Assembly: GCA_035501935.1 (NCBI GenBank)
Contig: DATJVC010000034.1
Coordinates: forward strand, 4,621-68,620
Length of the DNA: 64,000 nucleotides
Direction of reading: 5' to 3'
From: Gammaproteobacteria bacterium
GTDB taxonomy: Bacteria > Pseudomonadota > Gammaproteobacteria > JAJPIJ01
A model generated the notes under the pieces. That model was not told the origin of the DNA. It was given only the letters and a program-made list of their open reading frames with translations, and searched no databases. Made by a program: the position numbers and the translations under genes. Shown here piece after piece: positions 1 to 10,100 of this stretch. How positions within the stretch are numbered: position 1 is the stretch's first letter; each line of letters begins with the position of its first letter.

Positions 1-1133
1 GTCATCAGATTGATCGGCGCATCATCGAGCAATGAGGCGGCGGTGATCAGCTTGCGCTCCAACGCCAGCTCGTACAGAAACGGTTTCAAAGTGGAGCCTG
101 CCTGCCGCGGCGCGCGCACGCCATCGACGTAAGGTGCGCTGGACTCGTCGCCAGCGTTGCCGACATAAGCCAGCACATCGCCGGTCAGGTTATCGACGGC
201 CAGTACGGCACCGTCCCGCACCTGTTGCTCTTGCAGACCCATGAGTTGATGCCGTAGCGTTTCAAATGCGCGGCGTTGAATGCCCGCGTCCAGGGTGGTG
301 GCTGCGTCGCGCGTTCGGGAATCGAGCAGCTGGTGGGCCACGTGGAGCGCAAGATTTTGATCCGGGGACATCCGCAAAAACGGCGTCTTCGATGCGCTCA
401 AGGCCTGCGCTACAAGGGCCGTGAGCGGAACACACTCAAATTGCGCATCTTCGCTGCGCCCGGAGGCGCAGGCATGCCGGAAGACGAGCGCGGAGGGGGC
501 CGCGGGCGCGCGCAGTAGGGCGGCAAGCACGTACGCCTCCTCCTTGTTGATTCCAGAGGGCGACTTGCCGAACAGGCCCCGTGTCGCGGCGGCGATGCCC
601 TGCAACTCGCCACGGAAATTCGCCAGATTGAAATACGCCTCCAGAATTTCATTCTTGCTCCAGGTGCGTTCCAACGCGAGCGCGGCACCCACCTGTTTCA
701 GCTTCTGTCCAAGGCTTCGCCCTCCGCCACCCGGCTGCAACGCACGATCGAGCAGGGCCGCGAGTTGCATGGTGATTGTGCTGCCGCCACGGCGCGGCCC
801 CCCGGAAATATCGCTCCATGCGGCGCCGAGCAACGCGATCCCATCCACGCCGTGATGCCGGTAAAAACGATGGTCTTCCGCCCGCACCACCACTTCAATA
901 AGCCGCGGGGAGATTTCATCGAGCGGCGTCCATGCCAGCCGCCGCCCGTGTACATCCACACGCAACGTCTGGATGATTTCACCATGCCGGTCCCTCAGCA
1001 CCGCCTCGCTTGAGATGTACTTCGCCCTCACATCGAAAAAATCCGGCATATCGCGGCCGGAGCCGAAAGCAACGATTGCCAGAGCCGCGATGGCCGCGAC
1101 GATTGATATTTTCACGGGCCGGCCGGACCTCAT
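1..1133 (-). CDS. pbpC: penicillin-binding protein 1C, N-terminal part (3' end lies beyond window start)
   Basis: Absent from the ORF track because it has no stop inside the window. My minus-strand translation from ATG 1133-1131 gives MRSGRPVKISIVAAIAALAIV... It carries the GT51 transglycosylase motifs RAEDHRFYRHHGVD (884-843) and GGSTITMQL (788-762). The frame stays open to nt 1. ATGA start/stop overlap with the upstream alpha-2-macroglobulin gene (classic yfhM-pbpC pair). Confidence 0.85.
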   Translation of the reverse strand, partial: MRSGRPVKISIVAAIAALAIVAFGSGRDMPDFFDVRAKYISSEAVLRDRHGEIIQTLRVDVHGRRLAWTPLDEISPRLIEVVVRAEDHRFYRHHGVDGIALLGAAWSDISGGPRRGGSTITMQLAALLDRALQPGGGGRSLGQKLKQVGAALALERTWSKNEILEAYFNLANFRGELQGIAAATRGLFGKSPSGINKEEAYVLAALLRAPAAPSALVFRHACASGRSEDAQFECVPLTALVAQALSASKTPFLRMSPDQNLALHVAHQLLDSRTRDAATTLDAGIQRRAFETLRHQLMGLQEQQVRDGAVLAVDNLTGDVLAYVGNAGDESSAPYVDGVRAPRQAGSTLKPFLYELALERKLITAASLLDDAPINLM

Positions 1134-4100
1134 GGCCGCACCTCGACGGGCGTATTGGGGATCGCTCCGAACATCTCCGGCGAGTACATCGCCTCCACGC
1201 GCGTGGCCGGCATGGTGAAATGACCGGGATTGTTCAGACGCAGCGTGTACTCCACCACCCAGTTGCCCTTCGGCACGAACTGGTAGTAGGCGTGGAAGGC
1301 ATCGAAAGCGCGCTCTTCGAAGGCCGGCCACACGAACCCCTGGCGCTGTTCGCCTTGCGTCAGGATTTGTGAATCTTTCCCCAAACCGGTGCCGAGGATC
1401 GAGGCGCCCGCCGGGATCGGATCGTTGACCACCACCCAGGTCATGTCGGTCTGGCTTGTCAGTTCCAGGCGCACGCGAAGCACGTCGCCGCGGCTGTAGA
1501 CGCCGGGCTGTTTTTGCTCGATCGGCGTCACGGTGCGCTTGATATGGTAGCCGCTGGAGAGTGGCGCCTTCAAGGGAATGGCGGCGAGGCTTTGCACCGT
1601 CGCCCACGGTGCGCCGGTGCCGTCATGCGCCAAATCAAGCGTCGCCACCACCACCGGCGCCGGCGGCCACGGATGCGTGAGATCGCCCTGCATGCGCCCG
1701 CTTTCGTCGGAACTCAGCGTGCCCCAATCCAGTTCCTGCACACCGCCGGAAAGCACGCTGTGCGTGACGCCGGTGACCGGTGCCTGTTCGAACTGATGCG
1801 CAAACTTCTCCGCGGCGAGCACACCCCAGGCGTTGGCCACCGTGGTGTTCCAGTGGCCGTGCACTTGCCGGCCCAGCGTGCCGCGCAGCATGCGCGGCAA
1901 ATCCTCGTGCCAATCCGCGTCGCCCAGCAGGCTCAGCAGCGCCCGATTGGCGTTCACGTCGGCGGAAATCATCAGCCACCAGAGATAATCCGAGCGTTCC
2001 GTGGAGAAGCCCATCGTGGTGCCCTGGTAATTCAGCCGCGAACGGATGATCTGCTTGGCCTCCTCCAGCCGCGACTTGCGGTTCGGCAGCGCCTCGTCAC
2101 GGCGCAGCAGATCCAGCCAGTCGATCACCGCGGAGGTCGGCCAGAGGTTGGGCATGATATCGATGGAATCCAGCCAGCTTGGGTCGATGGTCTCATAGCG
2201 CGCTACCGCCGAGATCGCGGCCAGCTTGCGGATGGAGAGATCCGCGGTCGGCAGCGCCGAATCACGCATTACCCTGCCTTGGACGAAATTCACCAGACCC
2301 TTCTGCATGCGCAGGCGCAGGTCATCAGGTATTTCCCAGCCGGCTTCGTTGGCTATCGCCAGAAGATAAGCGGTCAACGCATCCTCGCCGTGGTAGAGGA
2401 ACGGGAAATATTTCGCCAGACCATCGCTGTCGAGATAGGATGGCAGCGCGGCCATCACACCCCGCCACAACGCCTGATCGCGCAACGCCACGGCCTGCGA
2501 CACGCGTTGCTCCAGGCAGGTGTAAGGATAGAAGCTCATATACTCGCGCACGCCGCTCAAACTTCCCGCCAGCATATTCTGCAGATGCACATGGATGCCG
2601 CCGCGCCCTGGCAGTGCATCGGCGGGGATGCGGATGGGCACGGACTGCAGTTTGTCGAGTTGCAACAGCGTGGCCTGGAAGGTGCGCACCGGCACCGTCT
2701 GGATGACCTTTTGCGAGGTCTTGATGTGATCGCCGCTGCCGGTGTCTGTCTGCGCCGACAGCTCCCATTGCAAGCGCTGCGCATCGAGTGGTGCGGTGAC
2801 CTCCCAGCCGATGTCCCGCGCCTCCCCGGCCTGCAATGTCAGCGTGATCGGCGGCAGCGGCGGGTCCAATGCTTGCGGCCGCTCCGCGCCGCTTTGCTGA
2901 TCGACCGCGGCGTTCAAGGTGAGGGAAAACGCGTTGCCGGAGGCGTTGCGCACCGTAAACCCGGCGTGAAATTGATCCTGCTCGCGCACCAGCGGCGGCA
3001 GGCCGGAAAAAAGCATCACGTCCTGCGTGCTGCGGAAACTGGTCGTTCCGGTGCCGAACAACCCGCTGCCCGCGTCCGCCACCGCCACCACCTTGAACGC
3101 GGTCAGCGAATCGTTGACGGGGAAATCCGCCTCTGCCGCGCCGCTGGCATCCAACTTTACGCGCGCCTGCCAGTACAGCAGCGGGTCAAAGAGTTCGCGC
3201 GCCTGGCGGCTGATGCCGCCGCCGCCGCCGTGCGGCACCGCCTTCTTGCCATAGTGCCGCTTGCCGATGACCTGCATTTGCGCGGTCGCAGTGGCAACCT
3301 CGATGCCGCGCCGCCCCATCATGGCGTCGAGCAGATCCCACGAGGTGTTCGGCATCAGTTCCAGCAATCCTTCGTCCACCACCGCCAGCGCCACTTCGGC
3401 CCCTTCCGGCAGCGGTTGTCCATCGGCGCGCCGCACCTTGATGCTGGCATGGACCTGTTCGCGCACCTTGTACGCGTCGCGATCGGTCTTGACATCGACT
3501 TTCAATTCGTGCGCGCGCCAGCCAACCTTGATTTCCGCCAGGCCCAGCTTGTAGGCGGGACGTCCGAGATCGACCAGCGCCGTGGGTTGCGCGTCGTTCA
3601 CGCGCCCGCGCACCGCCAGCACTGACACATATACGTTGGGCGCATAGCTGCCCTTGAGCGGCACCTTCACCACCGGCGATTTGCCGGACAGGGGTTGCAC
3701 GAAACTTTCCATGACGCCTTCACGTTCGACGGTCACAAGCGCGGTCGCTTCGCGAAACGGCATGCGCACCTGGAACACCGCCGTGTCGCCCGGCTCGTAA
3801 CGCTTCTGCTCCGGGATGAGGTCCATGCGATCCTCGTTGCCAACTTCGTACCACCAGTCGTCCCTGCCGGCCACCCAGATGTCTCGATGCGCGTAACTCT
3901 GATTCCCCGCAGCATCGGTCGTTCTCGCGCGCAGAATGAGATTGCCGTCGGCCGGCGCCTTGACCTCGCAGTACAGGCGACCGTGCACATCGGTCTCGCC
4001 CCGGCACAGATCGCCGATGCGCTTGATCTCCTCGCGATTTTCGTAGGCGTAAAATCCGCCGATCAGCCGCTTGCGGTGCGAAGTGGTGATCCGCTGCAGG

Positions 4101-7042
4101 AGATCGATCTCTATTTTCCGGCCGGCGATCGGCTTGCCTTGCAGGTCCACGGCAATGGCCTGGAATTTGAGATGGTCCTTGCTCAAGGCCCAGGAATCGG
4201 GCTTCAAGCCAACCAGCACGCCCGCCGGCCACAGGTTCATGCGCCGGGAACCGGTCAGCAATTCGCCGTTGGGATCGGCGTATTCCACCTCCGCCAGCAC
4301 CGACTGCGGTGTATCGGCCTTGGGCAGATCGGCCATCGTGGCGCGCACGGCGCCGGCGGCATCGAGCGTCAGCGACTGCGTTGCCAGCGGCTTGTTGCGA
4401 GCGGCGCCATCGGCATCCTCTCCCGGTTCTTCCATGTCGTAGCCGCTGAAGCGCCAGGCATAGGGGTCGGCCTCCTGCGGTCCTTCACGCACATTGCCGT
4501 TGGCGAAGGCGAAGTCCTCATAATCCGGGAAGCTGACCGTCTTGGGTTCGACCAGGCCGCGCAATTTCACCGGCAGGCCACCGGCGCCTCCGCCGGCGAG
4601 ATAATTCACCTGAATGTCGAGCTGCGTTTCCGTGGCGTTGACGAGATCGGGCTTTACCGGCTGCAACAGCGCGCGCATCAAGGGGATGCGGTAGCTCTCG
4701 ACGCGAAAACTGCCGGCCTCGATCCGCCGTTCGCTTCCCGAACCGGCGTCGACATCGAAGGAAAGAACGTACGTGCCCTGTTTGGCGTCCTTGGGAATTT
4801 CCCAAACGCTGTCGGCGGTGGCGTCGGCATTCCATGCCAGATCCACCGAGTACTGCTGATCGCTGCCCTGGTGCCTGATCGTGAGCTTGCCGCCCAGTGA
4901 TTTGGGATCGATATCGGCGAAACCGGTGCGGGTGTGGTGGCGGGCAAAATGCTTCATGTGCACGGTCTCGCCGGCGCGAAAGAGCGTGCGATCGAACACC
5001 GTGGCGGCGATATCCGCGGAAGTGCGGTTGCCGACCGGCAGATTGAAGCGCCAAGGCGATATCCCCCCGCCCCAGTTGGACAGGGCAAAGCTCATGTCAT
5101 CGTCATGCCCCGCCGTCACGACGTAACCTTCGCAGCCTGTCGGTAGATCGGGTAGAGTCTCCTCGATGCGCGCGATGCCGTCCGCATCGGCGGTGCCCCG
5201 CCAGTAAATTTTTCCATCGCAATCGCCCACGCTGATCGCCGCGGCCCCGACCGCCTTGGCGTTGTCCAGCGTGGTCACCCAGACCAGCGATGACTCGCGG
5301 CCGTGTTCGAAATGCACGGCGAGATTCGTGACCAATATGGCGGTCTGCACGTAATACGGCTCCGGCTTGCCGTGCAGGACCTGCCCCAGCCTGGGGCTCG
5401 CAATCTCGACGATGTAAAAACCCGGCTTGTGGAAGGGAATGCCGACGACCTCAAAGTCACGCGCGCCGGTGGATCGCGGCACGGTGAATTTATTCACCGG
5501 ATCACCGGCATTGAAAATCGAGCGGTCGCCCGGGCGCTTGCTGTAGATAAAACGGTTCTTTTCCTCGTCGTACTGGCCTTCGCTCTCCTGCGATTCGCGC
5601 ACGCGCTTCATCCAGCTCACAAACCGGCCGGGGTCCTCGATGCGCAACGACACACCATTGACCCTGGCGGATTCGGGCCAGTACTGCTCGCGCAACTGAC
5701 GGTATCGTTCCTTCAGCATGGCCAGCCAGCCGGTTGTTTCCAGCGGCGTCGCCGTATTCGCAGCCGGCCCGCCACCGGGCCGCGGATAAGGCAGTTCCGG
5801 TTCGAGATTCCGCAGCGTCACCGGCAGAGTGGCATCGGCGTTCAGTTCGATGATGCCAAAGGCGGCGGAGAACTTGGCCAGCGGCGGCGATTCGTCGGTT
5901 TTGACCAGAAGCGGAAAACTGTTCTCATTGGCCAGCCGACGACCGGCGTCATCCACCAAACCCTCCGGCAGGGCAAGCGTGAACACCGACTTCTCAGGCA
6001 GGGCGTCCATGAAGTGCACGCCGGTCACGAATTCGTCCTTGGCATCGCCGTCCAGCGTCGGCGCATAGACCTTGCCGTCCCTGCCATTGAGCACTATTTT
6101 TTGCGCCTGCGCGCGGGCGATGGGCGCGGTGAAATCCAGATACAGCGGCAATGCCGGAATGCAGTCCGCATCCTTGTTGACGCGGTCGCAGGTGAAGCGC
6201 GCCTTGAACGCCTCGCGTGATTTGAAGACGAGCTTCTGCGCCTCGGTGGTGGCCACGCCGCCGGGTGACGCCACGCCTTCGCCCCAGATCAGGCGCACCT
6301 CGGCGTCATTGGGAAACCGCCGCCGGCATTGCAACACCACCAGCGGAGAAACGTCGGCGTCCTTGAGCTTTAGGAACCGATCCCAATCCGAGCCCGGCTC
6401 CCGTGTGCCAATCGCCGCCATACCGGCACCGCCACGCGAAGTTTTGAACAACACGCGGTAATAACGTTCCAGGAAGTCCTGGCGCTGTTCCAGGATCGTC
6501 CGCCGGGTTTCGCCCGTGAGCAGCTTTACGCCCACTTTCTCGGCGACGCCGTCGATGTCGCAAAAGACATGTCGCTCGATGGATTCAGGTTTTGCCGGGG
6601 CATCCAGGCCGAGCAGGAAAATTTGCTCTTCATCGATCAGGTCACCCTCGTACGGCAGGGATTGTTTGACGGCCGGGCCGCCGGTGGAAAAGCTGAAGCG
6701 GGTGGTGCCGGTCAGCGCCCTGCCCTTCAGCGTGTGCGCCGCCGGCCTTAGTGTAAAGGTGCATTGAATGCCGGCGGGGAGATCGCGGGCGAAGTCGTAC
6801 ACCCAGTTGCGGCTGTCGGCCCAGCGCGCCGTGCCCTGTTCCGGGCAGTCGATGTCGAAAGGTTCGACCAGACGCGGATCGCCGAACGGCACCATTGCCT
6901 CGCTGAAACGCACCGCCACCTGGCGCACCCCCTTGACGATGCCCTGCGGCGAGAAGGTTTCTATTTGCGGCGCGGCGCTGACGCCAGCCGAGTACAGCGC
7001 CAACAGGAATAACAGGCTTGCTTTGAAGGCGCGGCCCGCCAT
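1130..7042 (-). CDS. yfhM: bacterial alpha-2-macroglobulin family protein (YfhM-like), thioester-containing, 1970 aa
   Basis: 1970-aa ORF with an N-terminal signal peptide (MAGRAFKASLLFLLALYSAGVSAAP). Thioester motif CLEQ lies in SFYPYTCLEQRVSQ. Followed by pbpC. Confidence 0.9.
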   Translation of the reverse strand: MAGRAFKASLLFLLALYSAGVSAAPQIETFSPQGIVKGVRQVAVRFSEAMVPFGDPRLVEPFDIDCPEQGTARWADSRNWVYDFARDLPAGIQCTFTLRPAAHTLKGRALTGTTRFSFSTGGPAVKQSLPYEGDLIDEEQIFLLGLDAPAKPESIERHVFCDIDGVAEKVGVKLLTGETRRTILEQRQDFLERYYRVLFKTSRGGAGMAAIGTREPGSDWDRFLKLKDADVSPLVVLQCRRRFPNDAEVRLIWGEGVASPGGVATTEAQKLVFKSREAFKARFTCDRVNKDADCIPALPLYLDFTAPIARAQAQKIVLNGRDGKVYAPTLDGDAKDEFVTGVHFMDALPEKSVFTLALPEGLVDDAGRRLANENSFPLLVKTDESPPLAKFSAAFGIIELNADATLPVTLRNLEPELPYPRPGGGPAANTATPLETTGWLAMLKERYRQLREQYWPESARVNGVSLRIEDPGRFVSWMKRVRESQESEGQYDEEKNRFIYSKRPGDRSIFNAGDPVNKFTVPRSTGARDFEVVGIPFHKPGFYIVEIASPRLGQVLHGKPEPYYVQTAILVTNLAVHFEHGRESSLVWVTTLDNAKAVGAAAISVGDCDGKIYWRGTADADGIARIEETLPDLPTGCEGYVVTAGHDDDMSFALSNWGGGISPWRFNLPVGNRTSADIAATVFDRTLFRAGETVHMKHFARHHTRTGFADIDPKSLGGKLTIRHQGSDQQYSVDLAWNADATADSVWEIPKDAKQGTYVLSFDVDAGSGSERRIEAGSFRVESYRIPLMRALLQPVKPDLVNATETQLDIQVNYLAGGGAGGLPVKLRGLVEPKTVSFPDYEDFAFANGNVREGPQEADPYAWRFSGYDMEEPGEDADGAARNKPLATQSLTLDAAGAVRATMADLPKADTPQSVLAEVEYADPNGELLTGSRRMNLWPAGVLVGLKPDSWALSKDHLKFQAIAVDLQGKPIAGRKIEIDLLQRITTSHRKRLIGGFYAYENREEIKRIGDLCRGETDVHGRLYCEVKAPADGNLILRARTTDAAGNQSYAHRDIWVAGRDDWWYEVGNEDRMDLIPEQKRYEPGDTAVFQVRMPFREATALVTVEREGVMESFVQPLSGKSPVVKVPLKGSYAPNVYVSVLAVRGRVNDAQPTALVDLGRPAYKLGLAEIKVGWRAHELKVDVKTDRDAYKVREQVHASIKVRRADGQPLPEGAEVALAVVDEGLLELMPNTSWDLLDAMMGRRGIEVATATAQMQVIGKRHYGKKAVPHGGGGGISRQARELFDPLLYWQARVKLDASGAAEADFPVNDSLTAFKVVAVADAGSGLFGTGTTSFRSTQDVMLFSGLPPLVREQDQFHAGFTVRNASGNAFSLTLNAAVDQQSGAERPQALDPPLPPITLTLQAGEARDIGWEVTAPLDAQRLQWELSAQTDTGSGDHIKTSQKVIQTVPVRTFQATLLQLDKLQSVPIRIPADALPGRGGIHVHLQNMLAGSLSGVREYMSFYPYTCLEQRVSQAVALRDQALWRGVMAALPSYLDSDGLAKYFPFLYHGEDALTAYLLAIANEAGWEIPDDLRLRMQKGLVNFVQGRVMRDSALPTADLSIRKLAAISAVARYETIDPSWLDSIDIMPNLWPTSAVIDWLDLLRRDEALPNRKSRLEEAKQIIRSRLNYQGTTMGFSTERSDYLWWLMISADVNANRALLSLLGDADWHEDLPRMLRGTLGRQVHGHWNTTVANAWGVLAAEKFAHQFEQAPVTGVTHSVLSGGVQELDWGTLSSDESGRMQGDLTHPWPPAPVVVATLDLAHDGTGAPWATVQSLAAIPLKAPLSSGYHIKRTVTPIEQKQPGVYSRGDVLRVRLELTSQTDMTWVVVNDPIPAGASILGTGLGKDSQILTQGEQRQGFVWPAFEERAFDAFHAYYQFVPKGNWVVEYTLRLNNPGHFTMPATRVEAMYSPEMFGAIPNTPVEVRP

Positions 7043-7080
7043 GGTGGATTCCCCAGTTATATCCGCAGATGCTTGAAGAA

Positions 7081-7102
7081 CAAGCGGTCATGGTACCGCT
7101 TG
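7081..7102. promoter_or_regulatory. inverted repeat CAAGCGGT-N6-ACCGCTTG in the divergent promoter region
   Basis: Perfect 8-bp arms read directly from the sequence. It lies between the alpha-2-macroglobulin start (7042) and the oxidoreductase start (7146 or later). Confidence 0.3.
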
Positions 7103-7145
7103 CGCGCAGTATGTCGAAGGGGATCGCGTAGATTGCGCCCACTTC

Positions 7146-10100
7146 ATGAAGGCTTTACCATGCACCCCCTTTGTTGTTGCGTTGCGGAAATCGTATCGTT
7201 GTCGTATGAACAGAACCCCCAAAAATTCATCACTCAATCCGCCCTCACCGGCGTTAAAGCTTGGCATGCCCGGTTACATCTACGCCGATCTGTATGAACC
7301 GGAGCGGCTGGCCGAATTGCTGACTACATTTGACACGGCTGTCAAAACCGGCGATGCCGATTTATTTGCGGAGTGGCAGGCATATCGCGTATGTCAGGGC
7401 GTTGGCATGACGCCGGAGGCAATCTCCGCGCTGCTGGTGCGCATGGCTCCGCACGTAGGCGGCTTTGTCGCGCGGCTGTTCAATGTCGGCGGTGATCGCG
7501 AGCGCCAGATGGCGGCCATCCAGGACGAAATGGACACCGTCTTCGTGTTCCGCGCCGAGGTGGTGATGAAGGTCGACACCGCATTGAAGGGAACGGATGC
7601 CGGAGGGCTGGATCTCGCCGCCATCGACCAGCAGATCGTCACGCTAAAGCGCGTGGCCTACCCGGCCACAACGCGGGATCCTGACGCAGAACGCGCACTT
7701 GCCCGCGTCGGCGCGGCACTCTGGAAACTTGTCAATCACTATCAGCTCATCGCCGGCAACAAACCGGGCGCGCATGCCGGCGCCGACGCTGAAATTTCCC
7801 GCCTGCGCAAAGTGCTGTCCGCGGATGCCGGGGCAAAATCGCTGTTTGCCACTGCGCTCGCAATGATTGAACCCGCCGCCTTTGTGGCGGCGTTGTTCGA
7901 TCCGATCCAGCGCTGGTGTTATGCCGCGCTCCATCTCGACGCGCGCAAAAAGATCGTCAGGCATTGGATGACCTTCAAATCGCCGGCGAAGACCGATTCC
8001 CGTAATCTGGTACCGGTGGAAGCGGAGCAGCGTGCGAATTATTCCGCACTCAAGGGGCCCCACGATCACCACCGCCGGCGCGATGGCTTTCATCTCACCG
8101 ATACGCGCTGCAACGAACGCGAGGCGCTCTATGAGGTTGATCATTGCATCTACTGCCACGACCGCGACACCGACTCGTGTTCCAAGGGCATGCGCAACAG
8201 GAAGGACGGCAGCTACAAGGTCAATGCACTGGGTGTGAATATCACCGGTTGTCCGCTCGATGAGAAGATTTCCGAAATGCACGTGCTCAAGCGCCAGGGC
8301 GACAACATCGGCGCGCTGGCGCTGATCATCGTCGACAATCCACTGTGCCCCGGCACCGGCCACCGCATCTGCAACGACTGCATGAGGGGTTGCATCTACC
8401 AGAAGACCGAGCCCGTCAACATTCCCCAGATCGAGACCAATGTCCTGACCGATGTGCTGTTCATGCCATGGGGCTTCGAAATTTACAGTTTCCTGACACG
8501 CTGGAACCCGCTCAACGTGAAGCGCCCGCACGCGCTGCCCTACAACGGCAGGAATGTGCTGATCGCGGGCCTGGGCCCCGCCGGCTACACGCTGGCGCAG
8601 TATCTGTTGAATGAGGGTTTCGCCGTTGTCGGCATCGACGGCCTCAAGATCGAACCGCTGCCGGTGGAGCTGACCGGTGATGACACCACGCCGCCGCGGC
8701 CGATTCACGATTTCCACGACCTGTATGAAGACCTGGACCGGCGCATCATGCTCGGCTTCGGCGGCGTGGCCGAATACGGCATCACCGTGCGCTGGGACAA
8801 AAATTTCCTCAAGGTGATTTATCTCACACTCGCCCGCCGCAACACCTTCCGTTGCTACGGTGGTGTGCGTTTCGGCGGCACGCTGACCATCAACGAGGCT
8901 TGGGACCTGGGCTTCCACCACATCGCCATTGCCAGCGGCGCCGGCAAACCGACCATCATCGGGATCAGGAACAACCTCATCCGCGGCATACGCAAGGCCT
9001 CGGATTTCCTGATGGCGCTGCAATTGACCGGCGCGGCGAAGGAATCTTCGCTGGCCAACTTGCAGGTGCGTTTGCCGGCCGGCGTCATCGGCGGGGGACT
9101 CACCGCCATCGATACCGCCACCGAATTGATGGCCTATTACCCGGTGCAGGTGGAAAAGATCCTGCACCGTTACGAGACACTGAGTGCACAGCTGGGCGAG
9201 GACATGATCCGCAGCCGGCTCGATAGTGAAGAGTCCGCCATCCTCGGTGAATTTCTTGCCCACGGCAGCGCCATTCGCGCCGAACGCGAGCGCGCCAAGA
9301 CGGCCGGCGAGCCGCCGAATTTCCAGCCGCTGCTCGATCAGTGGGGCGGCGTGACGATCTTCTACCGCAAGGGGATGAAGGATTCACCCGCCTACCGCCA
9401 GAATCATGAAGAAGTGATCAAGGCGCTCGAGGAAGGCATCGCCTGGGCCGAGGGCATGGATCCGCGCGAGGCGCTCGAAGATGAGCATGGTCATCTGCGG
9501 GCCGTGCGCTTCGAAAAATACACGCCCGCCGACGGCAAATGGGCGGATTCCGGCGAACAGCCGGAGGTGGCGCTGAAAAGCCTGTTCATCGCCGCCGGCA
9601 CCTCGCCCAACACCATCTATCAAACGGAGTATCCCGACACCTTTGAGATGGACGGCAAGTTCTATCAGCGCTATGAGCCCATTGCCGGGAACGGCGTGAC
9701 CACGCTGGCGCCCGTGCATGACATGACCTGGCCCAAGATCGGCAAGCCGGCGCCGCTCACCTCGTATCATCGCGATGGGCGCTTCATCAGTTTCTACGGC
9801 GACAACCACCCCGTATACGCCGGCAATGTGGTCAAGGCAATGGCCAGCGCCAAGGACGGGTATCCCTACGTCGTCAAGTTGTTTGATTCCGAATTGAAGT
9901 CGCTGGATCCATCGCGGCAAACCGAACGCGACGCCGCGCTCAAGGTGCTCAAGACCAGGCTGGATGATGAGCTGCTTGCCACCGTGGTTGAAGTAAACCG
10001 GCTGACGCCGACGATCATCGAGGTGGTGGTGCGCGCCCGACGAGCCGCGCGAAAATTTTCACCGGGACAGTTCTACCGCGTGCAAAACTTCGAGAGCCAC

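Noticed and set aside
1514-3625. A 703-aa plus-strand ORF antisense to the alpha-2-macroglobulin gene. Similar long shadow ORFs occur at 7644-9263 (-), 21279-22499 (-), 23114-24718 (-), 40002-41072 (-), 49439-50713 (+) and 52435-53571 (+).
   Set aside because: These are Arg/Ala/Gly/His-rich low-complexity translations lying opposite well-supported conserved genes. Stop-poor antisense frames of this kind are typical of high-G+C DNA. None carries a recognisable motif.
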